From positions 9,982,001 to 10,046,000 of the forward strand of contig NC_043017.1 of the NCBI RefSeq assembly GCF_006345805.1: 64,000 nucleotides of DNA, written 5' to 3'. This document shows positions 51,400 through 64,000 of this stretch, one piece after another. The DNA comes from Octopus sinensis (taxonomy: Eukaryota). The translations under genes and the position numbers were made by a program. Position 1 is the stretch's first letter. Every line of letters starts with the position of its first letter. A model generated the notes under the pieces. That model saw nothing but the letters and a program-made list of their open reading frames with translations. It ran no database searches and was not told the DNA's origin.

Positions 51400-53208
51400 T
51401 TAAGAAATATGTATTGGGATTGATTTGTTTGACTAAACAATTCAGGAAGTGCCTCAGCATGGCTGCAGTCCAATGAGTGAAACCAGCAAAAGATAAGAGA
51501 TACTTACATAAACACACACACAAACATGCACACACACACACACAAGCAAACAGACGACAGCACCACATAAAAAGCATCTGTGCCAGGCCATGTAAAAAGC
51601 ATCCACTACACTCTGTGAAGTGGTTGGCATGTTAGGAAAGGCATCCAGCCATAGAAACCAAGCCAGCTCAGGCTGCAACCTGGTGCAGCTCTCCAGCTTG
51701 CCTGCTCTGGTCAAACTGGAAAATGGACATTAAATAATGATGATGATGATAATAATAATAATAATAATGAAATTATTGTATACAGTGCTCAGGTGCACCA
51801 CAACTTGTCAGAAAGTGCATATAAAGTACATGCAGTAATGTAGAAATGTCTGGAAAGTGAACATGCTTGTGTGTGTATGGAGGGGAGAAAATCAAGTGTA
51901 GTGTTGGCGAATCTCAGGAAGCATGGAAGTCTTGATGATGATGATGATGATGATGATGATATGGCTTCAGTCAAAAGTCTAAGAAGATCATTCAAATGAG
52001 AAGGGACTCTCTACTTATACACAGAGTATAAAGCTTTCTTTTATACTCTGAGCATTTAACTCTTTTACAAAACTACAGGAGGACAATGACTGAAGCATTT
52101 CACTTTTACTCAATAACTTTTATTCCATAACCCTTTCCCCTTTGCTTGAGCATAAACTTAATAATATTAACTGTGAATGTCCCCCAATACTTTCGTTTTT
52201 TGACTATTTGTATTGTATTAAAGATGTACTTGTATGTATGTGTATGTGTATATGTGTCTGTGTGCGTTATATGTAACTGTGTGTGTGTTTCATCTATATA
52301 TTTGCATATGTATGTGTATATGTGTCTGAGTGTGTGCTGTGAATGTATATATATATATATATATATATACATGTAACACATGTGCACACACTATCACAAA
52401 TGTTTATACACACACACACACACACGGAGTGTCGTGCCAGTCCTGTCTGTACCAAAGACACTTAAGAAATAACAGGGATTTGGGATGTTGCCATCTTTTG
52501 TTGATCATTGAATTGTTTATGAGTTGTGAGACAGTGGTGGTGATGTCATACAAGGTGGTGGTGGTGGGTAAGAGGTGGTGGTATATGGCTTGTGATATAG
52601 TGGTTGGGGAAGTGGTGGGGAATGTCATGGTGTTGTAGTGATGTGTTTGGTGTTGTTGTTGTTGTTGTGGTGGTGGTGGTGGTAATGTTTGTGTTGTAGC
52701 ACCAAACAGCTGATATTTATGGAGCAGGGGCACCTTGCAAAGTAGGGGTACCTTGTGGAGCAGGGTTGCTTTTGGGAGTATGGTCTCTTATGGAGTGCGT
52801 GTGCCTTGTAGAGCAGGTTTATCTTGTGGAATGTGGGGTGCTTTGACAAACCGCTAAGTTACAGGGATGTAAACACACCAACACCAGTTGTCAAGTGGGA
52901 TGGAGGGGACAAACACAGATACAAAAACCACACACACATACAGACAATACATACACGCACACACATATATATATATTCAAATTGAGGGAGTAAGAATTCC
53001 CTATTGCTAATTGAGAGCTATGCAGAAAATTACAGCTTATCAAATTTCCTTGTAACTTTGGTATGGGAAAAAGTGCGAAACCTTCAACACCAATAAATTG
53101 TCATTTGTTTCACTCTTTGTTTTATACACCTTCCACAGACTGCTTGAAGCTAAGAAGCTCACAAGATTCCTACACTTGGATCCCTGAATCTTACCCTTTT
53201 AATATATA

Positions 53209-53245
<37 letters not shown>

Positions 53246-53284
53246 TATATATTATGTTATGTATGTATGTAAGGTATGTATGTA

Positions 53285-53315
<31 letters not shown>

Positions 53316-53316
53316 G

Positions 53317-53611
53317 GAGGTGCAATGGCCCAGTGGTTAGGCAGCAAACTCACGGTTGTAGGATCGCAGTTTCAATTCCCAGACTGGACGTTGTGAGTGT
53401 TTATTGAGTGAAAACACCTAAAGCTCCACGAGGCTCTGGCAGGGGGTGGTGGAGATCCCTGCTGTACTCTTTCGCCACAACTTTCTCTCACTCTTTCTTC
53501 TGTTGGCCTGCTCGCTTAGCCAGTGGGGTGGCGTCATTTTAAGGCTAAAACAATGTGAAGCGCATTGTGACCAGCGATGTGTAGCAACATCTGATAGCCT
53601 GGTTGGTCACA

Positions 53612-53615
<4 letters not shown>
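53317..53615 (+). mobile_element. SINE family D variant with a different 3' part
   Basis: First ~180 bp match 33439-33625, then the sequences diverge. Confidence 0.75.
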
Positions 53616-53646
<31 letters not shown>

Positions 53647-53724
53647 ATCAGCCTGTTTTGATTCATACATCTAACTCCCAATAAATTTGTTGAGTGCCCT
53701 TCTTTTGTTTGTCCCCTCACTCAT

Positions 53725-54135
53725 GTCATCATCATCATCATCATCATCGTCGTTGTTTAATGCCTGCTTTCCATGCTGGCATGGGTTGGATGGTTTGACT
53801 GAGAACTGGCAAGCCTGGAGGCTGCACCACGCTTCAGTCTGATCTGGCAAGATTTCTACAGCTGGATGCTCTTCCTAACGTCAACCACTCCGAGAGAGTA
53901 GTGGGTGAATTTTATGTGCCACTGGCACAGGTGCCATTCTGGTGGCACTGGCATTGACCACGCTCAAATGGTGCATTTTATGTGCCACTGGCACAGGTGC
54001 CATTCTGGTGGCACTGGCATTGACCACGCTTAAATGGTGCATTTTATGTGCCACTGGCAATGCAATTGGTCATGCTCAAATGGTGCTTTTTACATCCTAC
54101 CAGCACGATTTCACCTGACTCAACAGGTCATCTCA
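53725..54135 (-). mobile_element. SINE family C with a duplicated internal unit
   Basis: (CAT)n tail, body, and a near-exact ~67-bp duplication at 53910-54045. Confidence 0.8.
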
Positions 54136-54856
54136 TAAACAGCATATTACCTGATGATTGATAATGATAATGATGACAATGAAGTTGATAGTAATGGTGA
54201 TGATGACGACAACAGTGATGATGATAATCAACATGGTGATGTTATAAATGATGATGATGATAATGATGATGATCATCATCATGACAACACCAATGATAGT
54301 GATGATGATGCTGATGATGGTAGTGGTGATGATGATGACGATGATGATGTTGGTGAGGATGATGAAGATGGCAATGATGGACTGCAAAGTGTCACGAAAA
54401 AGACATTTTTGAAATGGTTATCTTCTTGCTGCTACCCCTTTCCAGAAAGTATAAGGAAAAAGAAATAAAGAGAAAGAAGAAAGGGGAGTGAAAGAGAGAA
54501 AATGAAGAAGTGAACCATGAAGTGAAGAAAACACCCAGAAAAGTAAGAAAATGTAAGAAGAGGATGATTTTAGAAGCAAAAGAATATGTCTAGAGATGAC
54601 AGAAGAATTAATTAGAATATAATTCTGTAATTCCTCTCACCAAATAATGGTAACAATGGTGGAATATGCTAATAAAGCTCAAACTGCATTCATTTTCCAT
54701 TATATAGATATCCTCTGAGAAAACTTGTCATGTCTGTCTGTCTGTCTGTCTCTCTCTTCTTTCATACATTCAGTGTCACGCTGAATAATTTTATGAATAT
54801 GTATGTATGTATGTATATAAGAAAATTAGATGACAAAGGAATAAATGAACTCCATT

Positions 54857-54937
54857 AGCTTACAGCTGTTTCTGCTATAAGATGCAGTGGACTCATATCT
54901 GAGTGCCTGAGTAACTCCTTATAGCTTCATCAGAGCC
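54857..54937 (-). ncRNA. Type-I hammerhead motif with palindromic stem III
   Basis: GGCU-CUGAUGA-a-GCUAUAAG...CUUAUAGC-a-GAAA-CAGCUG-UA-AGCU; truncated inverted copy GCTCTGATGGAGCTATA at ~54952-54968. Confidence 0.7.
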
Positions 54938-57900
54938 TTGATTATAAAGCAGCTCTGATGGAGCTATACATACACACACACACACACATATTATTTTTTA
55001 TCTTTTACTTGTTTCAGTTATTGGACTGTGGCCATGCTGGGGCGCTGCCTTAAAGGGTTTTAATTGAACAAATCAACCTCAGTACTTATCCTTTTTTAAG
55101 TTTGCTGCTTATAAAAAACATTAAGTTACTGCAATGTAGATAAACCAACACTGATTGTCAAATGCTTGGGAGTGGGGACAAACACAAATGCAAAGACACA
55201 CACATACACAAAGGCTCCCACAAAGTTACCACCAACCAAATCCACAGAAGTCATTGCTTGGCCCAGGGTGTCGTACAGTGGCACTGAGCTTGAATACATG
55301 ATTGCAAAGCAAGCTTCTTAACAACACACCGACGTTTATTCTAGGAAACTCAAATGGAGAACCTTCGAAGCGCTTCACAGATCTTCACAGTGCTACTTAT
55401 TGACTGGATTTCGAGCCTGCAAGTCAGTTTGCTTTGTTTTTTTCTTGGAAATTCATAGCATTTTAAAGCTTATACTCAAATTTATCATTACATATCTCCA
55501 TGCATTTATGAGAATTACACATGAAAATCTATGGCCTGGATAAAAGAGTTGTTAATTTCTGAATTATTTTACCATAGATGTTTTCTATTCCACACAATTT
55601 TAGAAGAGGAATTCACACCCTTTGGGCAGCTGACATTTACAACTGTGCATAGCTTTTGTTCCTGTTGTGTTTGTACCTGGTTGCTGCTTTCATTGGAATG
55701 TGCCGCATGTATACTTTTAGTTTTAAAGACATGGAGTTTTTCTGATTTTGTGTACCTTTTCTGTGTAATGGTGAGGACAATCTTTCCTGCAGAAAACATT
55801 GTAAAATGCATTATCCTCAAAATAACGCTGTTTACAAGAATGCTGTCTGCTTCTTGTTAGCAGGAACACTGTTATGGCCTAAGGAAAGGCAATATTTTGC
55901 TACAACTTTTAGACAACAATTAAGGCCTATGCAACTTAATTTTTTTTGCGTTAGGAAGGGCATCCAGCTGTAGAAACACTGCCAGATCTGACTGGCCTGG
56001 TGCAGCCTTCGGGCTTCCCAGACCCCAGTTGAACCGTCCAACCCATGCTAGCATGGAAAGCGGACGTTAAACGATGATGATGATGATGTTGATGACATGG
56101 GTGATATTTTCAGCATGGAAGTTTGGAGGTATCTTTCTTTTTCTTGTTGATCAGAAATTTAGAAACCATTTTCTGTTCTTCAATAGTGAAGATGCATCCT
56201 TGGAGGAATGTGATGTATCTAATTATCACAAGTCCAGGTAATGCTACACTTCTTGTCAATGTTGTTGATATACTTTAGATTACAGTGAAGGCAATTGATC
56301 CAGTGTGAGTTTGCTCTCATAATCATAGGGTCATGGTTTCAATTCCCAGACTGGGCAGTGTGCTGTGTTTTTCACCTGGACACCATGCCAGTGATGCTCT
56401 TATATTACTTTCAAATTTTGGCACAATGCCAGCAATTTCAGAGGAAGAGTAAGGCAATTACATCAACCCCAATGCTTAACTGGTTCTTATTTTATTGACC
56501 CCAAAAGGATGAAAGGCAAAGTTGACCTTGGCAGAATTTGAACTCAGCACGCAAAGATGGACAAAATGCTGCTAACGGTATTTCGTCTGTCTCTGTGTTC
56601 TGAGTTTAAATTCGAGGCGACTTTACTTTTCATCCTTTTGGGGTTGATAAATTAAGTACCAGTTGCGTACTGGGGTCGATCTAATCAACTGACCCTCTCC
56701 CCCAAAATTTCGGGCCTTGTACCTAGAGTAGAAAAAGCTGGGGAACAGAGTATAACTGGGATATTGGGCCCCAGGGGAGGGGATGGTACCTTGTTCTTTG
56801 GTTGACTACATGTGTGCTATGAGACTGACTGCTGGACCAGAGCCAGATTAGGGGTTACTCAACAGCAACTGACCACTAAATTATGGAATGGGATGATAAA
56901 GTGCAGTTGTTTGGACTCTGTCAATTTGGGGCAGCTGACAAGATATTTGACCTGTTTTGGTGGGGGCGATACTTTTTGGCACTGGAGGCAAACAGACTCA
57001 CACGTGCATGTGCATGTAGAAATATGCATAGACAGACAGAAAGAGGAAGAGGGACGTTATATGATTTACTAATTGGATGTGATTGTCAAACACCTTACCT
57101 CTCTTTGTCCACATAAAAAGAAATATCCTCAAATAGTGAGAGAGGAGGGGTAGAGACAGAGAAAGGCATTACACAACTGAACAACTATTGACAAATACTG
57201 CCCCCTCTCCTCATACGCATAAAAAGAAATACGCTCATGCACCTATAGAAAGAAAGATGGAAAGACAGAGGAGAGAAAGAGAGAGAGAGAGAGAAATTAC
57301 AATTTATTAACTGAACATGATTGACAAATACTTTCTCCAGAATTGTTGCCAGGTTCTAAAGTCAGTGGGAGCAAGCACATAAAAAATGGTGTTGGGAGTG
57401 GGCATGACATGTACCAAGCAATTTTTAATTAATTTCTCTTATATTACTCAGAATGTTTCATTAATTATAATATATGCAATTGTATTCTATTTTTTTTATT
57501 CTTTTACCTGTTTCTGTCATTTGACTGTGGCCATGCTGGAGCACCACCTTAAAGAGTTTTTTTAGTCAAAGAAATCGACCCCAGGATTTATTCTATTGGT
57601 CTTAGTTGTCAAACGATGATGGGGGCAGGGGACAAACACACACACACACACATGCATTTCTTTCAGTTTCCATTTACTGAATCCACTTACAAGGCTTCAG
57701 TTGGCTCGTGGCTATAATAGAAGACATTTACCCAAGGTGCCACACAATGGGACTGAACCTGGAGCCATGTGGTTGGGAAGCAAGCTTCTTACTGCACGGC
57801 CACTCCTGCACCTATATCCATTAATTTAATATTTCAGTAACGATGTCATCATGCATCAAACTTACAACCAGGTAATTAAAAAAAATGAAAAAAAATAGTT

Positions 57901-58769
57901 GAAAAGTGCTAGTTTTGAACGATGTGCTTGGGTGGTGGGGTCTCTCCCCTTGCTTTCCTAGTAGCTATGCCACTGTCTTTCTCTCTCCTTATACATATGA
58001 ATAGAAATATATGCTCACACACAGAATGAGACAGGTGGGGAGAAAAGGAAAAAATGAGAAAGACATTAAAACAAGTCGGTATTGAGTCAGCAACATCAAA
58101 TCGACGGTGTCAAACCGTCACACATCAACTAAATTTTGGACAATTGTCATCTATCTCCCTTCACTGCAAAATAAACTTCAAAAGCTACCCTAAAGTACAG
58201 AAAAGGATGAGAGGGGCAGGGTCTCTTTTTCTCTAAGATACTCACTCAAAAGAGATGTGTCACAGTCCACATGTAGTACTAAATATTGGGTGACGACAAA
58301 CAAGAATTTTGTTAAAAAAGTACAAAAAACATTTGAGTTAAAACACTTACAGTGAACCGTATCATAGGAATGGTGTGGAATGTCACAGAATCTTCAGCGT
58401 CCAACTTTAAACACGTATTATTGGAGTAGTAGGGTCACAGCTGTTTGGTGGGTCTTGATATATATCACAACACAACATATTCGTGTTATTATTGTTGTTG
58501 GTGTTGTTGTTGTTATTATTATTATTATTATATTATTATTATTATTACATGGTATCATTGTAACACTGCCGAAATGTCCAGTTGTGTCAAAGGTCATAGC
58601 TGTGTTGTTGTTGTTTTACAACTCACAGAGGTTTGTTTTCACATGATGCTGATGTCCCATTGGGTCGTGCCCTTCCTTGGTGCTGTGCGTTGTGGTGTTG
58701 CTGTGCCTCCTTGGCGTGTCCTGTGCCGCTACATCGCAATACTTTAGTGCTGGTGTCTTAATGTTCCAT

Positions 58770-59305
58770 AAGCCTTGGTAACATGCTCTGAAATACTGTC
58801 ACTGTTGCTGTTTAGCCCCAGGTCAGCCCTGAACCAGTATTCATATGATCAATACCCATTCAAGCAGTTATGGTCACATTGTTCAGCCCTTTTATATGTT
58901 TAGGACAATATTAGCTAATGGGTCCTTTCTTCTGTTTTCACAAAACAACAGGATGTAATTTGAGGGAGATATCACTTCTATGTCTAGCAGGTTGAATAAC
59001 CACATAGAGATTCCCCTATTTAGTCCCAACACTTTAGAGTCTGTGTCTTGATGGTAACCTGCTCTGATATGCTGTTGATTTGTTGTTGTTGTTTAACCCT
59101 AGGTCAGTCCTGATCCAGCAGGCCTATATCAACAGCATTCAAGCCATCATTATCCGGTCTTCATGCCTTTATATATCTCGGACTACATTAACTTATGTAT
59201 CATTTCACTAATTTTTTAAAAAACAACTGGATGTGACTTGAGAGAGAGAGAGATTTTGCTACTATATCTAGCAAGTAAAAACAACCACGTAGACACTCCC
59301 TTGTT
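58770..59305. repeat. Two diverged tandem copies (~280 bp) of an interspersed repeat
   Basis: GTTTA(G/A)CCC.AGGTCAG.CCTGA...GGATGT.A.TTGAG...TCTAGCA.GT...ACCAC.TAGA repeated; related sequence at ~40440-40800. Confidence 0.65.
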
Positions 59306-59786
59306 TGCCCATGTTCCAACGTGTCAACACACACCTAGGTATCCTGCCTTCCTATGTGCTGCTGTATCACACATCATCTAAGTATTCCGTATCCAGCTGG
59401 ATTGCAGTTGCTAAAGTAATATATTCCGGCCTGCTTTCTTATTTCACTGGATGTACACATACTGTACGTGTGTGTATAAGTGTGCTTATCTGTGTGTGTA
59501 TGTGTGTGTGTACGTGTGTATATGTGTGTGTGTGCTTATCTCTGTGTACATGTGTGTGTGTGCTTATCTCTGTATGTGTGTGCTTGTCTCTGTATGTGTG
59601 TGTGTACGTGTATGTGTATATGTGTGTGTGTGCTTATCTCTGTGTACATGTGTGTGTGTGCTTATGTGTTTACGTAGCTGAGTTTGTATGTGTGTGTATG
59701 TTTACATTTGTGAATGTGTTTATGTACTTGGTTGTGTCACATATGTAATACATATGTATATATATATGTATATATATATATATATA

Positions 59787-59833
<47 letters not shown>

Positions 59834-60083
59834 AGAGAAATAGAGGAGAGAGAGAGTGGATGTGCAACAACAGGTTCCTCTTAGCATGTGTAATATGTTT
59901 TAATACTTGGCATGTATGTGTGTGTGTGTGTCCGTGTGTGTATGTCTGCTTGTGTGAGTCTGTGGCTGATTTCTTTGATCAAATTAATAAAAAAAAAAAC
60001 AACTTATCAGCAGGGTTTGTGTTTAAGAAAGTGTTGTGAAGAAGGAGGGGCGGTAGACATCCACAAACATATATGTGTGTCTA

Positions 60084-60138
<55 letters not shown>

Positions 60139-60266
60139 CTGTCTATCTCTATATCTATCTGTCTATTTATCTATCTATCTATCCAGCCATCCAGCCATCT
60201 ATTTATTATCTATCTATCTATCTGTCTATCTCTATATTTATCTATCTATCTATCTATCTATCTATC

Positions 60267-60297
<31 letters not shown>

Positions 60298-60373
60298 GAT
60301 CTATCTATATCTATCTGTCTATCTATCTCTATATATCTATCTATCTATCATCTATCTATATATATATATATAT

Positions 60374-60422
<49 letters not shown>

Positions 60423-61459
60423 TTACACACACTTGCACACAGACATATATATATATATATATGTACGTACATATAAAGGCTTCCCCACACACTGACGTAC
60501 CGAAGTAGATGGACAGGCAAACAGACTCACAGACAGGTGACTAAACAATGGTGGAGAGAAGTGATATGAAGAGGCAGCGAGGAGACAGTTGGGAGAGTCT
60601 GTGGGAGAGGGAGAGAAATGGGTGGGTGGGGGTTTGGTAAGAAAGACGCAGAGAAGAGAGAAACAGAGAGAGACAAAAGGCCAGGCAGCCGTGCAAGAGA
60701 CTGATTAAGTGTATGTATGCGCATGTGTGTATCTGTGTATGTGTGTGTGTGTGTATGAGAAAGAGAGAGAGTAAGGAAGAGAGAGATGGGTGAGAGACAG
60801 ATGGACTGAGGGAGAGATAGATTAGAGAAAGTGATAGACAGGTGAGGAGTGAGAGAGACAGACAGACATACAAATGAGAGAGGGGTAGAGAGAGAGAGAG
60901 AAAGAGGGCCGGACTGACAGATAAGAAAGATAAAGAAGGGACTCACTTGGGGTGGGGGTCAGTTCCAGTAAGGAAGAGCCGAAATGCAAAGATCTGATAA
61001 AGTTGTATGGGATAGTTTTATTCCATAATGGTATTGGTGGTATGGTGGGGGGGTATTGTTGCAGTGGTAATGGTAGTGCAGGTGGTAGTTGTGGTGACGG
61101 TAGTGGTGGTGGTGACAGTTGCAGTGAAATGATGGTTGTGGTAGTGATGATAATAATGATGATGGTTGTAGTAGTGGTGGTGCTGCTGCTGCTAGTGATG
61201 GTGCTGCTGGAAATGGTAAAAACGATGCTGGTGATTGTGTTCTTTCAGAGTTTTCCAATTAATTAAGTACCAGTTGCGTACTGGAGTCGATTTAATTGAC
61301 TGGCCCCCTTCCCCCAAAATTTCGGGCCTTGTCCTAGAGTAGAAAAAAGTTTTCTAATTAACATTTGAAAAAAAAAAATAAATTAAGCAAAGACAAAAAC
61401 CCCTAAATATTCTAAAATATACAAAAGTCTGGAACTTTCAAAGTGGATTTTACCAGTTA

Positions 61460-62270
61460 TCTTTTACTTGTTTCATTCATTTAGACTGTGGCCATGCTGG
61501 GGCACCACCTTGAAAAATTTTTAGCGGAAGGGATCAACCCCCAAGACTTATTTGGTTGTTTTTTTTTTTTAAAGCCTGGTACTTATTTTATCAGTTTCCT
61601 TTTGCTGAACTTTTAAGTTACAGGACATAAGCACACAAACACCGGTTGTCAAATGGTGGTGGTGGCAGTGGAACACACACACACGCACACGCACACACAC
61701 ACACATACACACACGCGCACACATACATGTATATATACTTACATACATCATACATACATACATTCATATATATATGTATGTATGTATATATACATGTATT
61801 TTTTATTCTATTCTTTTACTTCTTTCAGTCATTTGACCGTGGCCATGCTGGAGCACCACCTTTAGTTGAGCAAATCGACCTCAGGACTCATTCTTTGTAA
61901 GTCTAGTACTTATTCTATCGGTCCCTTTTGCTGAACCGCTAAGTTACGAAGACATAAACACACCAGCATCAGTTGTCAAGTGATAGTGAAGGGACAAACA
62001 CACTAACACACATACATATATATACGACGGGCTTCTTTCAGTTTCCATCTACCAAATCCACTCACAAGGCTTTGGTCAACCCAAGGCTATAGTAGGAGAC
62101 ACTTGCCCAAGGTGCTACACAGTGGGACTGAACCCGCAACCATGTGGTTGGGAAGCAAGCTTCTTACCACACAGACACTCCTAGGCTTCTTCCAGTTTCC
62201 ATCTACCAAATCCACTCACAAGGCTTTGGTCAACCCAAGGCTATAGTAGGAGACACTTGCCCAAGGTGCC
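61460..62270 (-). mobile_element. SINE family A copies (partial, full, duplicated head part)
   Basis: Reverse complement of the SINE A consensus. Confidence 0.8.
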
Positions 62271-62764
62271 ATGACGATCATGATGGTGATGATGGTGATT
62301 GCAGTTATTGTTACTGTTACATCTGTTAACAATAATAATGATGACGGCTGACAGTAGTGGCAGTGATGGAAATAGTGATGACAGCAACTATAGCAATAAC
62401 AACGGTGGTACATTTCGTCTGTCGTTACATTCTGAGTTCAAATTCCGCCGAGGTCGACTTTGCCTTTCATCCTTTCGAGGTCGATAGAGAAAGTACCAGT
62501 TTCGCACTGGGGTCGATGTAATCGACTTAATCCATTTGTCTGTCCTTGTTTGTCCCCTCTATGTTTAGCCCCTTGTGGGCAATAAAGAAATACATATGTG
62601 TGCCTCTGTGTGTGTGTGTGTGTGTGTGTGTGTAGGGGTGGGGACTATTTTGTTTTTGTTATTGTTGTTTATATTGAATATGAAACTGTTTATCTTTTTA
62701 TTTAATTTTGTTTACAGTTCAGTTGGTTTGTTTGTTTATTGTTGTTGTTGCTGCTGTGTGTGTG

Positions 62765-63487
62765 TGTAAGCAAGTGTGTGTGTATAAGAGAAAGAAAAAG
62801 TGTGTATGTGCATTTGTGAAAGAGCGTGTGTATATGAAAGAAAGAGGAGTGTGTGTGTGTGTGTGTAAGCAAGTGTGTGTATATAAGAGAAAGAAAAAGT
62901 GTGTATGTGTGCATGTGTAAAAGAGCGTGCGTATATGAAAGAAAGAGTAGTGTGTGTGTGTGTGTTGTGGGTGTAAGCAAGTGTGTGTATATAAGAGAAA
63001 GAAAAAGTGTGTGTGTGCATGTGTAAAAGAGCGTGTGTATATGAAAGAAAGAGGAGTGTGTGTGTGTGTGTGTGTAAGCAAGTGTGTGTATATAAGAGAA
63101 AGAAAAAGTGTGTGTGTGCATGTGTAAAAGAGCGTGTGTATATGAAAGAAAGAGGAGTGTGTGTGTGTGTGTGTGTAAGCAAGTGTGTGTATATGAGAGA
63201 AAGAAAAAGTGTGTGTGTGCATGTGTAAAAGAGCGTGCGTATATGAAAGAAAGAGGAGTGTGTGTGTGTGTGTGTTGTAAGCAAGGTGTGTATATGAGAG
63301 AAAGAAAAAGTGTGTGTGTGCATGTGTAAAAGAGTGTGCGTATATGAAAGAAAGAGGAGTGTGTGTGTGTGTGTGTGTGTAAGCAAGTGTGTGTATATGA
63401 GAGAAAGAAAAAGTGTGTGTGTGCATGTGTAAAAGAGTGTGCGTATATGAAAGAAAGAGGAGTGTGTGTGTGTGTGTGTGTGTGTGC
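62765..63487. repeat. ~102-bp minisatellite, 7 copies
   Basis: GTAAGCAAG at approximately 62766, 62866, 62973, 63074, 63175, 63277, 63379. Confidence 0.92.
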
Positions 63488-64000
63488 AGTTTTTAGATCC
63501 AACAGCCCACCCTTCCCAACAGGTTGTATCATCTCGATTAAATCAGATACCAGAGTGTGTGTGTATATGTGTATGTATACAAGCATGTGTGTGTGTGTGT
63601 GTGTATGCGTGTGCGCATGTTTATGTGCATACCCAATCTAATAACCCTTCACTGTCCACCCTTCTAAACAAGGGTGTGTCGTCTCAATAACACGAGACAC
63701 TTGAGTGTGGGTGTGTGCACATGTGTGCAAACACTGACTCCCTCCTAACCACCTCCACCCTCACTCTCCCAAAAAAACAAAATACACAAATCATGATGAT
63801 GATGACGACGACGATGATGATGATGGTGGTGATGATGATGATGATGATGATAATGGTAATAATGATGATGATGACGATGATAATGATGATGGTAATGATG
63901 ATGATAATGATGATGATGATGATGGTGATGGTGATGGTGATGGTGATGATGATGATGATGATGATAATGGTAATAATGATGATGATGACAATAATTATTA

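Noticed and set aside
62702-63586. 294-aa and overlapping ORFs
   Set aside because: Translations of the ~102-bp minisatellite

Overview
Eukaryotic, AT-rich, repeat-saturated DNA that looks like a coleoid cephalopod (Octopus-type) genome. This is inferred from the huge (TA)n/(CA)n/(CAT)n microsatellites and the recurrent tRNA-derived SINE families. Only one credible protein-coding gene is visible: a 322-aa class A GPCR with a single coding exon on the minus strand (41526-42494). It resembles GPR21/GPR52 and carries unusual DHY and KFFIY motifs. The rest is transposon debris: at least five SINE families, decayed DD37D (maT) and mariner transposases, R4/Dong-type and RTE-like LINE fragments, piggyBac-, hAT- and Tc1/mariner-type MITEs, and a non-autonomous Helitron. 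There is also a near-perfect 2.17-kb inverted duplication and a 25-bp minisatellite with higher-order structure. The most interesting signal is a dispersed set of type-I hammerhead-ribozyme motifs (CUGAUGA-stem II-GAAA-short or palindromic stem III-UH-stem I) at about 2.85, 11.8, 22.0, 27.9, 32.4, 33.2, 36.2 and 54.9 kb. They belong to several sequence families and mostly sit in short fold-back elements, resembling Penelope-like pseudo-LTRs or retrozymes. Nearly all other ORFs in the track are microsatellite or SINE artefacts. All family assignments were made by eye, without database searches.
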